From: Gracilinanus agilis
Taxonomy: Eukaryota
NCBI RefSeq assembly: GCF_016433145.1
Contig: NC_058133.1
Coordinates: 307,123,572-307,187,571, forward strand
Reading direction: 5' to 3'
DNA: 64,000 bases
Shown: positions 24,606 to 37,099 of the stretch, one piece after another
Layout of the letters: every line of letters begins with the position of its first letter
Numbering within the stretch: the stretch's first letter is position 1
Notes under the pieces: generated by a model
Told to the model about the DNA's origin: nothing
Databases searched by the model: none
The model's input: the letters and a program-made list of their open reading frames with translations, nothing else
Translations under genes and position numbers: made by a program

Positions 24606-25834
24606 GTATACATATACACACATATTGTGAATGTCTATGTTTGTATGTGTTTACTTCTATCTTCCTGGTTATATAAATTTCTCCACGGATGTTACATCAA
24701 GGTCTAAAGCCAAAATGGCTCAATTATGCCTGTTTTCTTGTAGCTTAACACTTGGTCTCTATGAAAACATGATAACTTTCTTCCCATACTTTACCAAAAA
24801 TTTTACCAAAATTTTGTACCCCTTTACCAAATCATCTAAGACATTTTCATCATCTGCAAATAGACACTAAATGCATCTCAACATTAATATATTTATTATC
24901 CCACTATAAAAAGTTCATTATCCTATATTTTTATTTCAAGTGCACATTAATTTTGCATTCAGTAAGCAACATTATGAAAAACAACTTTCTCAAAAGCTAT
25001 TTAGACAAGGAATTTCAGGGGCTAAATGTCTAAGTCACATGCAAGACTAGTTACCTGAATCTTTGAATTTCTGGAATTTTAGATAATTCATAAGAGCTCT
25101 GGGAGTAGACTTTTCTATAGCTAACTTTTTTGTCTTTCTTACTGGCCACTCAGGATTCTTCATGGAAATTATCTCAAGGTCAAAATCCACAGGGGTTCAG
25201 GTAACTCTGGGTAATGTCTTTTCAAATAAGGTAAACCCCCAAACTTCACAATAACTACTGTAGGAAGGAATTGACTTGTTTAAAGGAAAGGATTGCATTC
25301 TTCCCCACTGTCCAAAAAATGTGTTCTTCCTTGCTTGACAGCTTTGATATATTTGATATTTACAGAAATGCCATGTATGAGAATAAAGGACACCATTTAA
25401 AATTTAAACATGATTTTCCGGATATTAGAGGAAATCATTCAATTAGACTATTTTTATCAAATTCAAATTAACTTCCAAAGGAGCTGGCAGTTTCAGTCAT
25501 CTTTTCCCAGTCATTTCCTTCAGCAAATCTGAAACAGGTCTGATATTCATCTTCCCTCTCAAATTTGCAAGCCAGAAGTGCCAGCAGTAGCTTGAAGTTT
25601 GAAGAGTTCCAAAGAAAAGTTGAAATTGAAGTCTTCAGCTTCCTGCCTTTCACTATCTTTGTCCAACCCCTCCCTCAGGGCAGGTCATTCATTAATATCA
25701 ATAGAAAGAATTCCATAACAATGGGCTTTGGGACAGAGGTTATATATATTCAGACATATTACTTAAAACTTGGAATTTACAAAACTTTTAGATATGTATT
25801 TTTCCTTATGTTCTGTAGATTTCCATTTAACCTC

Positions 25835-25925
25835 TCCTTTCTTCCTTCCTTCCTTCCTTCCTACTTTCATTCCTCCCTCTCTGTTTCCCTCCATTCCTCC
25901 ATTCTTCCCTCTCTTCCTCCAGATT
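25835..25925. repeat. (TTCC)n-like pyrimidine low-complexity tract
   Basis: CTTCCTTCCTTCCTTCCTTCC and degenerate continuation. Confidence 0.85.
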
Positions 25926-26559
25926 CCCCCAGATTTTATATTGCTTTTTCGAAATTACTTGACATCTTCAAATAAACCTCAAAAGCATAAAAATAAACAA
26001 CAATGTTAAAAATAATAACAAGGATTATTATACCAACACTGAATATTATCACCCCATAGTATTTTTATATCAAGTTCACATTTACATTACATGAAGTAGA
26101 CAGCACAATGTAGACTGTCCTTTGGTGAACTATTTCATTTGCTAAATAGCTAGCAAAAATACTAGATATATTAATTGCAAATTGCAATTCATGAAATTTA
26201 GGATTATGCATACCTTTCCTTGAGGAGACATTTCAGGCCCATCAAGTATCATCAGTAAATCAACTATGAAAATGGAAATTTGTGCCAAGAAAAAAAAAAA
26301 CAAACTACATTTGATTAAGACCACTTTATGCTAAAGATCCTAAAATAAAGAGGGAAATTTGACCTCAAAAATATTAATGAGATATCTTAGCATTGGGCAC
26401 TTGACTGAGCATACTAATTGTATACTTTGTTCAAATGCATCAAAATAGGTAAAAGAAAGCAGAGATAAAACTAAAATAGCATTGAATATTATTAATAATA
26501 CATATTCAAGTGAGGAAATCTAGCAACCAAAGAAAGAAAGGATGTTTTGCTAATATTTG

Positions 26560-26930
26560 GGTAAATTTGGAGTTAGAAGCAGAATGGTTATCTTCATTAG
26601 AGTTTAATATAGTCATCCTGGATAGAAAGAGGAAATTGCTGAGGAGTTTGGGCAACAGATCATAAGCCTGCCATGAAGACCAGATGTAGGAGGAATTGGG
26701 TACTAAAATTATCTGGACATCTGCTGGAGCACTCTTTGCCAAAACCAGAACAGCTAATAATTTCCTGGTTTGCCTTAATAATAAGGCATCTCGTTTAGAT
26801 GAATTATGTTCTTTACTTATAAAAGAACTAGTAGATGTGATTGTTGAATCACTGTCAATGATCTTTGAAAATTCAGGGAAAACAGAAGAGGTACTACAAA
26901 CCTGGAAATGGCCAAATGCCCTGATTTAAA
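26560..26930 (+). mobile_element. L3/CR1 LINE ORF2 remnant
   Basis: The ORF at 26696 contains LIKELVDVIVESLSMIFENSGKTEEVLQTWKWPN, matching the CR1 motif LKELADVIAEPLSIIFENSWRTGEVPEDWKRAN. Confidence 0.88.
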
Positions 26931-28266
26931 ATATGTATATAATTGCCAAATAAAGATCATTAATTCACTCAGAATAATAAACATTCCTTAATGTTTATTA
27001 TTAGCCTACATCACCTCTATATTCCAGGCACTGTTTTAGGCATTAAATAGTCAGACAAAAGCGGAGCATTCATTCCTTATCTTTGAGAAGCTTTTATTCT
27101 ATTGTGGTATACAACCTCACTATAGATAAGAAAATACAGTTTATATAAATTTATTTTCTAAAGAAAACTTTTAGCAAGTGAATGGATCTGGATTGATCTT
27201 ATGTAGCAGGTGGTAGTTGATGGGAAACTTGAAGAGAGATAGGGAATTGATTCCTGGCAAGGGACATCTAGGAAACAGAGTAGTGATCACAAAACAACAA
27301 CAACAACAAAAAAAACCAACAGACTAAATTTATTTCCTGATTGTTGTGATTAATAAACTGGTAGATTATTGGAATGCTTTAGTCATAATTTTCTTTGTTT
27401 TAACAAAACAATGTTGAAATATTTCGTACTATTCTTACAGAAAAATAGAAATGACATTTAGATAATAGGAATAACAAGTGGATTTTAGGATATTTGATTA
27501 TTATACCCAATGAACAATCATTAATATTTAATAATAATTTATAAGGAAATCTTGAGGGAAATGAGTGCTCCACCAAATTATGTTTAAACCTCTTGTTTAA
27601 AATTTTACCAGTGATATTGAAAAGTTATAAATACCACTATTATATTAATAGCTGATTGTATTGGGTAATGACAGAAAATAAGGAGAAGGAGTTAACATAC
27701 TCTGATCAAGTTATAAAAAAAATCTCAACAGGCCATGGCATTGAACTAAATAATAATAATAATTTTAGTAATAATAACTAACATTCATATAGCACTTATT
27801 TTTTGCTGGCACTGTTCAAAGCATTTTAGAGTTATTATTTTATTTTATCTTCATGACAACAGGCAAGGAAAGTATTATTATTGTCCCTATTTTGATGAGG
27901 AAGCTGAAACTGATAGAGTTTAAGTGATTTGACCAGGGTGTTTGTGTCTATGACTAGTTGTAAACTCAAGTCTTCCTCACTCCAAGCCAGATTCCATCTT
28001 TTGGGCGTGAGGAATATACATTTTTAATACAGGGTTCAAAAAATCAATCCTTAAATTTAAGATGAGTAAGTTATAGCTAGATAGCAGTTTCATTTGAAAT
28101 AGAACTCATAATTTTATTGTATTTTAAACTCAATATATGTCAACAGTATGATAAGGAATCTTCACATACAAGAATAAAGAAGAGAGAAACCTGTTTGTAC
28201 TATGTTCTGGTCAGACCAAATTTCAAGTATTTTTCAAATGCTAAATCCACATTTTCAGAAAGATAT

Positions 28267-29039
28267 TATAAGAGTTAAAATAGGGGTTTGACAAAATAAG
28301 AGAGCAGCTTTTAATAATTTAAGTTTTAATGAGAATATAGTAGAGTTGTAAATTAATATTATCCCTTTAAGTCAGAGAAAAGAAAACTTCTAACAGCTTT
28401 TAACAATTAACAATTTAGTTTTATTAAAGTAGAGATAGTAAAAGAATATAGAAAAAGAGGGATATATAGGAAATAGATAGAGAAAGAAAATTTCCTAATG
28501 TCTATACTAGTTATCTTAAAACTACCTATAAATACCTATAATTGCTACCTAAAACTGCCTATATCTACCTATAACTGCCTATCACTAACACTAATAATAA
28601 CCACCCCACAAAATTCCAACCTAATCCAGTTGAATCAAAACCAACCCAATCAGTGTTTAATCCAAACTCAATTAGGTATGTCAATGAAGACCACCTATCT
28701 CCCAACCCAGAAAAGGTCAAAAAGCCCGCTAAAAGGCTAAAGCGTTTTTCAGTAAATTCAGGCCCGCCTTTATATTACAGTAACTAAATGCCAATCACCA
28801 ACCCAACACACTCCCTGCATCCAGCTTCCCCACAACTGCCAGCCCTCATTGTCCGCAACTGACAGCCCCCTTTCTACCCTTTTCCTACCTCACTTCCTAT
28901 CTCTATGGTTCCTCCTCCTTCCTGTCTCTATGGTTTCTCCTTGTCTCTGTGGGCTGATTAATCCCTATACATCTCTATGGTAAGAGGACCTCCAGGTCCC
29001 CCATTAAATTAAAAAAGGAATAAAGAATTCCTTTATACA
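28267..29039 (-). mobile_element. Solo LTR-like element (ERV)
   Basis: Ends T(A)...CA with a 4-bp TSD ATAT. The minus strand has a TATA-like CTGTAATATAAAGG upstream of AATAAA (plus-strand TTTATT at ~28420), plus internal short tandem repeats (TACCTATA). The left boundary is approximate. Confidence 0.6.
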
Positions 29040-29099
29040 ATATATTAAACTAGAGAGGTTCCAGAGTAGGCCCATAAGAATGATTAACAGCCTTATATT

Positions 29100-30370
29100 T
29101 ATTTCATCTGAGTATCAGTTGAGAAACTGAGGACATTTATCAAGAGAAGAGAAGAACATGAGAGCTATAAAATCAAGTTTTCAAAGGGTATTATAAGAAA
29201 TTATATTTCACTACTACTGCTTGATCTCAGAAGGTAGTACTGAGTCATTGAAGTTGTACAAAGATAAATTTAGATTTGATATCAGAAATATACTTTCTAT
29301 AGAACTACATAAGAGAATTAATTGCAGTAGGCTGACCCTCATTAGAAGTCTATAAGAAGAGAGTAGATGACCATTTCCTGGCTTTTTTGAAGAGATGTTT
29401 TTCAAGAATAATTTGGACTAGATAATACTTAAAATGAACTAAATGGCTTTAAATTTTGAAATTCTATTAATATATCATAATTTGACCCTATAAAAGGCGA
29501 AGGAGACAACAGTAATTGATTTTCTATAAGCGATTATCACAGACAAGAAGAAAGCAAGTGCTAAAGTAGAAATAAGGGGAAACATCAGGAATTTACTGTC
29601 ATTTCAGAATTTATGAGAGAAGTGAGGAAAGACAGGTATGATTTCATATACATCTTTAATCTTGGGAGAGTAGATTTACAAAGGCTTCAGAGAACAGTTA
29701 GGTAAGATATGTGGACTAAAATTTGATAGATGAAATCAGTTTATGAGAACTGGGAAGCTCTTGGGAATGATATTCTGAAAGAAGAAAATAAAATCTGCCC
29801 AATGAAGAGAAAAAGGGAAGTTGAAAGAAAGGATAGCTGTAATGTTCTGGGTTGATGCGAATAACAAATGGTAAAGAGAAAGATGAGATGCTTAATTTTT
29901 TTTTCAGTTTTTCCTGCCAGTACTAGAAATCACAGAATTAAAATGGCTAATAGATAGTTGGAAACCATTCTGAGTAAAGAGTTGGAAAAAGAATAATTAA
30001 TTGCTTTTAAAAAGAGCATGAGAAAGATATTCCACTAGTAATCCCAATTTTCAGAAACAGAATGAGAGTAGATCCTGCAATAATGGCCACTGGGGGGGGA
30101 TTATAGAATGTTCTATTAAAGGAATATTTACTGGACATCTAAAATGGAAAGTGGTGTTTATAAGAAGCCAACATGACTTCATAAAGTATTATTTATTCAA
30201 GACTAATTTCACTTCCTTTTTTTGGACTGGGTCAACCATCAAATATATTTGACCTATATTTTGTCAGTCATTTGACAGTTTTACATGGCATTTTTTGTGG
30301 ACAACAGGATGATCTAGGCTAGACAAAACATACTTTGGAATATTTATAGCTGGTTTGGGAGATTAATAGG
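29100..30370 (+). mobile_element. L3/CR1 remnants (3' end piece, then ORF2 pieces)
   Basis: AAATTTAGATTTGATATCAGAAA...AGTAGATGACCATTTCCTGG (L3 3' end) and AGAAGCCAACATGACTTCATAAAG...AAGACTAATTTCACTTCCTTTTTTTG (RT region). Confidence 0.7.
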
Positions 30371-30407
30371 TTGATTTATTAAAGGGTGATGTATGGTAGT
30401 AGGATGA

Positions 30408-31281
30408 AGAAATGCAAATCAAAACAACTCTGAGATACCACCTCACACCTAGCAGATTGGCTAAAATGAAAGAAGGGGGGAGAGTAATGAATGCTGGAGG
30501 GGATGTGGCAAAATTGGGACATTAATGCATTGCTGGTGGAGTTGTGAACTGATCCAACCATTCTGGCTGGCAATTTGTAACTATGTTCAAAGGGCTATAA
30601 AAGAATGCCTACCCTTTGATCTAGCCATACCATTGTTGGGTTTGTACCCCAAAGTGATCATAGATAAACAGATTTGTACGAAAATATAGCTGCGTTTTTT
30701 GTGGTGGCAAAGAACTAGAAAAGGAGGGTATGTCCTTCAATTGGGGAATGGCTGAACAAACTGTGGTATATGCTGGTGATGGAATACTATTGTGCTAAAA
30801 GGAATAATAAACTGGAGGAGTTCCAGGTGAACTGGAAAGACCTGCAGGAACTGATACAGAGCGAAAGGAGCAGAGCCAGAAGAACACTGTACACAGAGAC
30901 TGATATACTATGGTAAAATTCGAATACAATGGACTTCTGTACCAGCAGAAAGCAATGACCCAGGACAGCTCTGAGGGATTTATGGTAAAGAACGCTACCC
31001 AGGTTCAGAGGAAGAACTACAGGAGAGGAAACATATAAGAAAAACAAATGCTTGAAAGCATGGGCTGAGGAGGACATGATTGGGGATGTGGACTCGAAAC
31101 TACCACACCAATGCAAATATCAACAATTTGTAAATAGGTCTTGAACAAGGACACATGTTAAAACCAGTGGAAATGTGCATCGACTATGGCTGGGGGGGAC
31201 AGCGGGGGGTGAAGGGGAAAGTAGGAGCTTGAATCATGTAACCATGTTAAAAATGAATATTAATAAATGATTTAAAAAAAA
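30408..31281 (+). mobile_element. 5'-truncated relatively young L1 (ORF2 end + 3' UTR + polyA)
   Basis: AGAAATGCAAATCAAAACAACTCTGAGATACCACCTCACACC start, marsupial-type L1 3' UTR, AATAAA and an A-tail at 31262-31281; several CpGs are retained. Confidence 0.93.
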
Positions 31282-32550
31282 CAGATCAACTTAAGAAGGA
31301 AGCAAAGAATGAAAGAGCCATGATTTCAAAAACAGGGAAGGAACTGAAGGACTATGTGGAAGTTCATGCTGGATATGACTCCCTTCTTAAAGGCATCAAT
31401 GAAGACAAAAATCCCTTTAAGGAGAAGGGTGGTTGTATGATAAGCTGACCACCTTTTTCCACAAACTTGATCCTCATCTCAAGGGTCAGCTTTTCTAGTC
31501 TCCTAGCTGATTATCTGTAGACCCTAATTCCAGGTAACCAAATACCATTCTACACTACCCTGAAATTTTTGTCCACTCTCTTCCAGGGTTATAGCCATTC
31601 TTTCCTAGGTAACTAATTGGGTGTTAAAGCCTAGTTGCACTGGGGCAGTGTAAACTTAGCCAGGAAAAATGCTGCCAGCTCAATCCAAATGGAAACAAAT
31701 TTATTGGTTTAGTCATATTATTTCCAGACCAGCTCCTCTTTAAATAATGGCAAAGGACACATTATAGTCCAGCCACATGGGTTTCCTTTCTCATTTCCTT
31801 CTTTATAAGATACTTACTTTACAAATACCAAATTATGTAAAATACAGAGAGAGCAAGAGTCATTGATGGCAGCCTCAGGTACATAGAAGAAAATTCTAGA
31901 TGAGGAGTAAAAAAAAGAAATAAAAGAAAGAACTGTCTTATCTCCCAAGGAAAGTTTTCAAAAGGACCATCATCATTTAATATTACTAAAATCTTCTCCT
32001 TCCTTATCTTAATGAATATCATTATGTGATGGTTAACTTTCACCATGATTTTTTTTAAAAATCATCTAAAAATTGAATGGCATTACTCATTTAAGATGCA
32101 CACTTTACATAAAATTTCTTTTAAGAAATTATTAATTTTGCTGTCCCATTACTTATTTTTGTTAATCCTAATAGTGATGATGATGACAATGATGATGATA
32201 ATACTAATGATGACACTGAACTTTAGTCATGCCATCAGTCTTGTCTGAAGCAGCACAATGATTTGTTGGAGATAGTACATATGAAGAACAGTTTGTAAAG
32301 AGGCACACAAAAAAAAATCTTCCATAATAACCATTGTTTAAATTTAGAAAGAAGAATTCCTTATATGCTACATTTATTCAACCAGATAATAACTGGTGTT
32401 TGCCTATTAGCAACAGTAAACTTTTTTTTTTATGTGTTACAACTGCCTAGATACTTAGTTTGCATACCTAAGGGTGACTTGAGTAAAAAACAAAACAAAA
32501 ACAAAACAAAAACAAAAAAAACAAAAAACTGTCCTACTAGGCTTGTAGAA

Positions 32551-32812
32551 GCCTCTAGTCCAGTGTTGGTGAACATTTTCAAATTCAAGTGCCCAGAGGG
32601 CAAATTCAAGCTGTCTGTAAGCCACCACCCCTCCACCACCCTGCCCCCAAGATTACAGATTACCCAAAAGAATGGAGGAAGTGCTTGCTTTGGATGGCTA
32701 GACCAAGGGGTGGAGCATGCAAGATATGCCCTTGGGCACTGGGAAGAGGGGGAATGGAGCAGCTCCCTGAGTGCCAGCTGGGCATGTGTGCCAATACTTT
32801 GCCAATGCTGCC
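32551..32812 (+). mobile_element. hAT-type MITE (family B)
   Basis: Left end CAGTGTTGGTGAAC, right end TTTGCCAATGCTG; internal TTGGGCACTGGGAAGAGGGGGAA..GCAGCTCCC shared with 63380-63610 and, reversed, 36570-36769. The TSD is not clean. Confidence 0.7.
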
Positions 32813-35599
32813 AGTATAGCCCAACAGAGCCAGTGATAATGAAAGATTGCTGTGCAGGAGAGTGTTTTGTGGAGGAATTTGCTATATGAGATGTCCCTCT
32901 CAGCTTTAATGCAATAAAAGATCTTTTTCTTCTGCTACATTATGGTTCTCTGTGTCCTAAGACTTTCAGATTTTCCTTGAGCAACATAATTTTTCCTCTG
33001 TTTCACTAGTTTCTTATTTTAAAAATAGCTTCCATTCATCACTTCCAACCATTTACTGCTACAATGGTTGGTTATAGTACTTATATTTTCCTTAGAAATG
33101 AATTTCACCATCATTTCCCTCCCTCCTATGCCTAATAACTATCACATGCCCGCCCATTATTCTAATTTCCATAGTGGGAAGTATTTTTCTGAAAGGTACA
33201 TTTTAATGTTAAAAAGCATTATTCAGTCATTTCAAGACTTAGCTTTTAAGTCAAAGGGAGAAAAGTGTAGTCACAATTAAGAATGAACCAATTAAATGGA
33301 CAATTAATTCAAAAAATAACCCAGCTACCTAGTACTCAGTTCCATCCTACATAGTGCTACAAGATTAATATTTCTTAGGCACATATCTGATCATGTTACC
33401 TTTTCTTATTTGGTGGCTTTCCATGCCCTATGGAATTATGCTGAAACAAGTTAGTTTCTGAGTCACAATGGGTTTTCTATGCCCAGATACCTCCATTTTT
33501 CTTCAATCATCTATCCATAGTACTTGACTTATTATTGGTAATTCTTTCCATTCCTTTATCTTTATAGCCTCTCCTTTTAAATGAGATAACCCATTACCTG
33601 AGGGAGGAGGCATAGAATTTTTTTTTTTCCTTTCTTGGCCCTATCAACTAACATACATATACCTCTAATTTTAGGAATATTAAAGGGTACTTCAGCTTTA
33701 GGACAATTTTAAGTGATGGGTGTGGAGGGACAGTGGAAGTAGGAATGTGATAACACTATAAATTTACAAAACTAAACAGTTTTTTAAAAATGATTCCTGA
33801 TCTTTTTCTATGTGAATATAAATGGTATAAGGATTTGTCCATTTTGAGTTTCTCTCCATTTCCTGACTTTTTTTTTTTTTTCATTTCCTGACTTTTTAAC
33901 CTAATCACACAGTTATGTCTGGGAATGATAATTGATTGAGTTCTAGCTTCAAAATTGATATAAATTTGTTTTGATAAAACTAATAGGCTAATTGTTGTCT
34001 TAGTCTTTTTTTCTAAGCATAGCTAGGGACCCCACGCCTGTAAAAGGTATCTCATTGAATGATCCTACAAATCAATTCTCTGTCTCCACTTAAGAAGTAG
34101 GTTGACATCACTTCCGTTTAATTCTGATAGAATTTAGTGGCTTCTGCCCTAAAAGCTTTCCACTTTAACCTTTCTTTTCTGTGGAAAATAAATTCATTTC
34201 ATAAAATGTAAGATTTCTGCTTTTTAGGTAAATCTTTGACCAAAGACACCAAGGACAATCTACCTTTTGTTCTCTACTGGTATTAGGGATCTCTCAATTT
34301 TGAAACATTAGATGAGTAATAATGCGATTCATATCTCCTTGAATGTTTCTCTCAGCCTAAAATTGGCCTGTAAAAATCACTCCATATTGACTTTATTTTC
34401 TTTCCCTTCCTGATGACATTTCCACAACATACCCTTTTTAAAGACTCAGATGACTTCCAATTCATTGTCAATTCATATAATTTGCAGAATCTGAAGCCAT
34501 TGCCTGTTGTCTACTTTCCTTGAACAAATTGCATGTTTTAATCAGTCTTACTTTCTTGAGTACTAATTTCTGAATTATCTACACTTTCTCCTGCCTGTTA
34601 TGGGGAAATTTCACTAGAATTGTTCTTTAATAAATGATTATAACCAGAAATAAATTACATATAAATTAATAAAAATAGAACATCTGTCTCTCAGTAGACA
34701 CAGGATACAACAGGCTCCTATTCAGTATCATCCATAATTGATCCCAATGTAACTCTTCTAATATTACTTCTCACCCCTCCTCATCATATATAGTTGAAGG
34801 TTTAACAAATGTAGAACATTCAACATTCCCTCAACATACTTTTTCAGCAAAATCCTTTTTCGATGTTGATTTGTTACACTACAGAATCACCTTGATTTCT
34901 GTTCTGCATAAGATAATTATCTCCTGAATACTTCCAAGAAATGCTATATTTATTCTAATACTATTTCATGAATTCAATACTTCCATTACTTTTATCAATT
35001 TAAAGACCTTCTGTAGTCTAAAAATGCACAATGATATTTTATATTCTTTGCATCTTTTCTTAAAGTTATCAAACTGTAAATTGGGCAAAGTTGAATGTCC
35101 TAGATAAAAGTCTACCTATTTCTATTTCTAAATATTGTATCTCATCATTGAGTCAAGAAGTCAATATATGTCTCAGAGTTACCGAGCTTTAAATTAATAT
35201 GCCAAGAACCTGGCAAATGTTGGACTTGGTTTTCCTAAAGTGTTTTTATAAGAGACAGTTCCTAAGGGGAGGAAAATATCTAGAAATATTTCAATACAAA
35301 TAAAAAGGCATAAAGATTCAACTAATTAAATAAATATTATTATTTTATTTTTTTGGAAGTTCCTTCCAGCAATAAAAATGGCAACTTATTTATGTCTTTC
35401 AAAATCTTCACCATATGGGGTCAAACTAGCATTCTAAGTATCCACTACCATTGCCTTGACATATGACCAACCCATCTTTTCTTCTCTTCCAAACATACAA
35501 TTCCTTAATAACTGTTTTACTCCTTTTTTAAAAAGTTCCTCAGTAATTATATGTTGACATTCCTCTACTTGGAATTTATATAATTATATTTACCACAAT

Positions 35600-36370
35600 A
35601 TCCATTACACCTAACCCAACTCTACTAGAGAACATTGAAAAGAGAGGGGGAAAAAGTTCAGATAATCTAGCCAACATAAAGAATGTCTCATTATAAACAA
35701 TATTTCATTAACTTCATCAATCTCTGCAGAGAAAGGAGAGGGGGAGCTTCTGTTTCATTATTCCTCCTTGGAGCTAAGTTCAGTTATATATATTTTTGCA
35801 CACAGTTTGAATTGTTTTCCATTGTAATTCCATTAATATTGCTGTAGTCATTGCATATGTTACTTTCTACTTTACTTCATTTTACATCAGTTCATATATT
35901 TTATCATTTTGTCCATATTCTTTATATTTAATATTTCTTAAAGAGCAGTATTTTTTCATTATATTCATCTGCCCAAGGTTGTCTAGCCATTTCCCAAAGT
36001 GATGGACATCTTTGCTACTACAAATAAATATTGCCACAAATATTTATAAGTATATGCAGGCTTTCATTCCATCATTGATGTCCTTGTGGTAAATCCCTAG
36101 TAGTAGATACTGTTGCCAAATGGTACTGTTATTTTATAATTCCAAATTGCTTCCAAAAATATTTAGAAATATGTACAGTTCCACCAAATGTGGATTAATG
36201 TGCTTTTCTTTCCACATTGCTTGGAAAATGGACAATTGCAATCTTTTGTTATCTTTGCCAATTTGCAGAGTGCGAAATGAAAACAAGTGTTTTTTAAATA
36301 TTTTAGTTATCTTATTATTAAAGATTTAGACCATTAATTAATATGGTTGTTAATCATTTAGAATTCTTTT
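35600..36370 (-). mobile_element. Old L1 3' region remnant
   Basis: GTCTAGCCATTTCCCAAAGTGATGGACATC..., GGTAAATCCCTAGTAGTAG..., CCAAATTGCTTCCAAAA are antisense L1 ORF2-end text. Confidence 0.7.
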
Positions 36371-36569
36371 CAAAGCAGCCAGGTGGTATAGTATAAAGAT
36401 GGGAAAACAGAAAGGCCCAAGTTTGAATCTGGTCTCAGATCTATGAGCCTGAGCAAATCAATTAACAGTTTTTTCATCTATATAATGATGGTATTAGCAT
36501 GTAATTTCCAGATATGTTATGAGAATCAATTAAGATGGCATAAGTAAAGTACTTTGCAAACCTCTGAGC

Positions 36570-36769
36570 TATGTTGGTAAAACTATGGCACCTGTGCCAG
36601 AAAGAGCTGCTCCCTTCCCCCTCTCCACCCACATCTGAAGATATTTCTCTCATCACTTGCTTCTCTACCCAGCAGCCCAGTGGGAGCACAATGGAATAAA
36701 ATAGGGGGCTCACATATGGCATGAGGGTTGCGGTTTGGGTACTCAGTCTCTAAAGGTTTGCCATCACTG
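36570..36769 (-). mobile_element. hAT-type MITE (family B)
   Basis: CTATGTTGGTAAAACTATGGCACCTGTGCC ... GGGTACTCAGTCTCTAAAGGTTTGCCATCACTG. Confidence 0.7.
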
Positions 36770-37099
36770 CAAAAGAGTGTTATATGAAAAATAGCTATCA
36801 TTAATTGTAAATCATATCCTTTACAACTTATCTATTAGGATATAGCTTTTGATTTTATATATTTCTATTAGGTACTTGATAGATTCTGTCTCCAAAACAA
36901 GTCTGATTCTCCTGTCCTGATACATGGCTGTTGTTGATATATTGATCTTTCTATTTTTTGTAATCAAAATTATCTATTTTATTATTTGTATTTGTAATTA
37001 CTTCTGTTTCTTCATTGGATGGGATCCACTCTGTGACTATAAGTGTAAAGGTGAGACGATGCTCTTAAAATGTTTTGAGAAGTATGATTTTAATATTTA

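Larger units (their letters stand above)
5450..26300. repeat. Ancient diverged tandem array, ~460-500 bp unit, about 25 or more copies, interrupted by TEs
   Basis: The core motif (C/A)AGGTAGACACCAAGTCTCCATG recurs at ~5510, ~5887, 6396, ~6853, ~7330, 9324, 10286, 11144, ~11846, 12207, 12672, ~13444, ~13930, 14431, ~14940, 15324, ~15955, ~21870, 22519, ~23190, ~23585, 24045, 24462 (duplicate), ~24740 and 25228. Other unit motifs recur in the same order: GGTTGATCTG, AAGGACTACAT, CCAACAATTTT, GGATGATTA...TAATCATCCCATG, TTACCTCAAATTCAC, TTTCAGTGGCTAAATG, TATTACTTGAAACTTGG and GGTCACCCA. Confidence 0.92.

Noticed and set aside
6380-25300. Array core as a box H/ACA snoRNA (hairpin followed by ACA-TTT in GGACTACATTT)
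   Set aside because: ACA is kept in only some copies, the spacing from the stem leaves no proper pseudouridylation pocket, and no convincing 5' hairpin plus H box was found. Not excluded, but unsupported.
6050-25450. Array unit as a box C/D snoRNA cluster (ATGATTA or ATGATGT as C-like boxes, CTGA as D)
   Set aside because: No canonical RTGATGA, the C-to-D spacing is either ~25 or 150 nt and more, and there is no terminal stem.
5450-26300. CRISPR-like or antigen-receptor (RSS) interpretation of the regularly spaced core
   Set aside because: The DNA is eukaryotic, the 'spacers' are homologous to one another, and no CACAGTG/ACAAAAACC signal pairs were seen.
30379-30407. ~30 nt at the L1 5' junction that reads like mitochondrial coding sequence on the minus strand
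   Set aside because: Too short to distinguish from chance or from decayed flanking L3 sequence.
31436-31495. Inverted repeat AAGCTGACC...GGTCAGCTT with inner CTTGA/TCAAG
   Set aside because: A 15-nt one-sided bulge and only 14 bp in total; not pre-miRNA-like and single copy.
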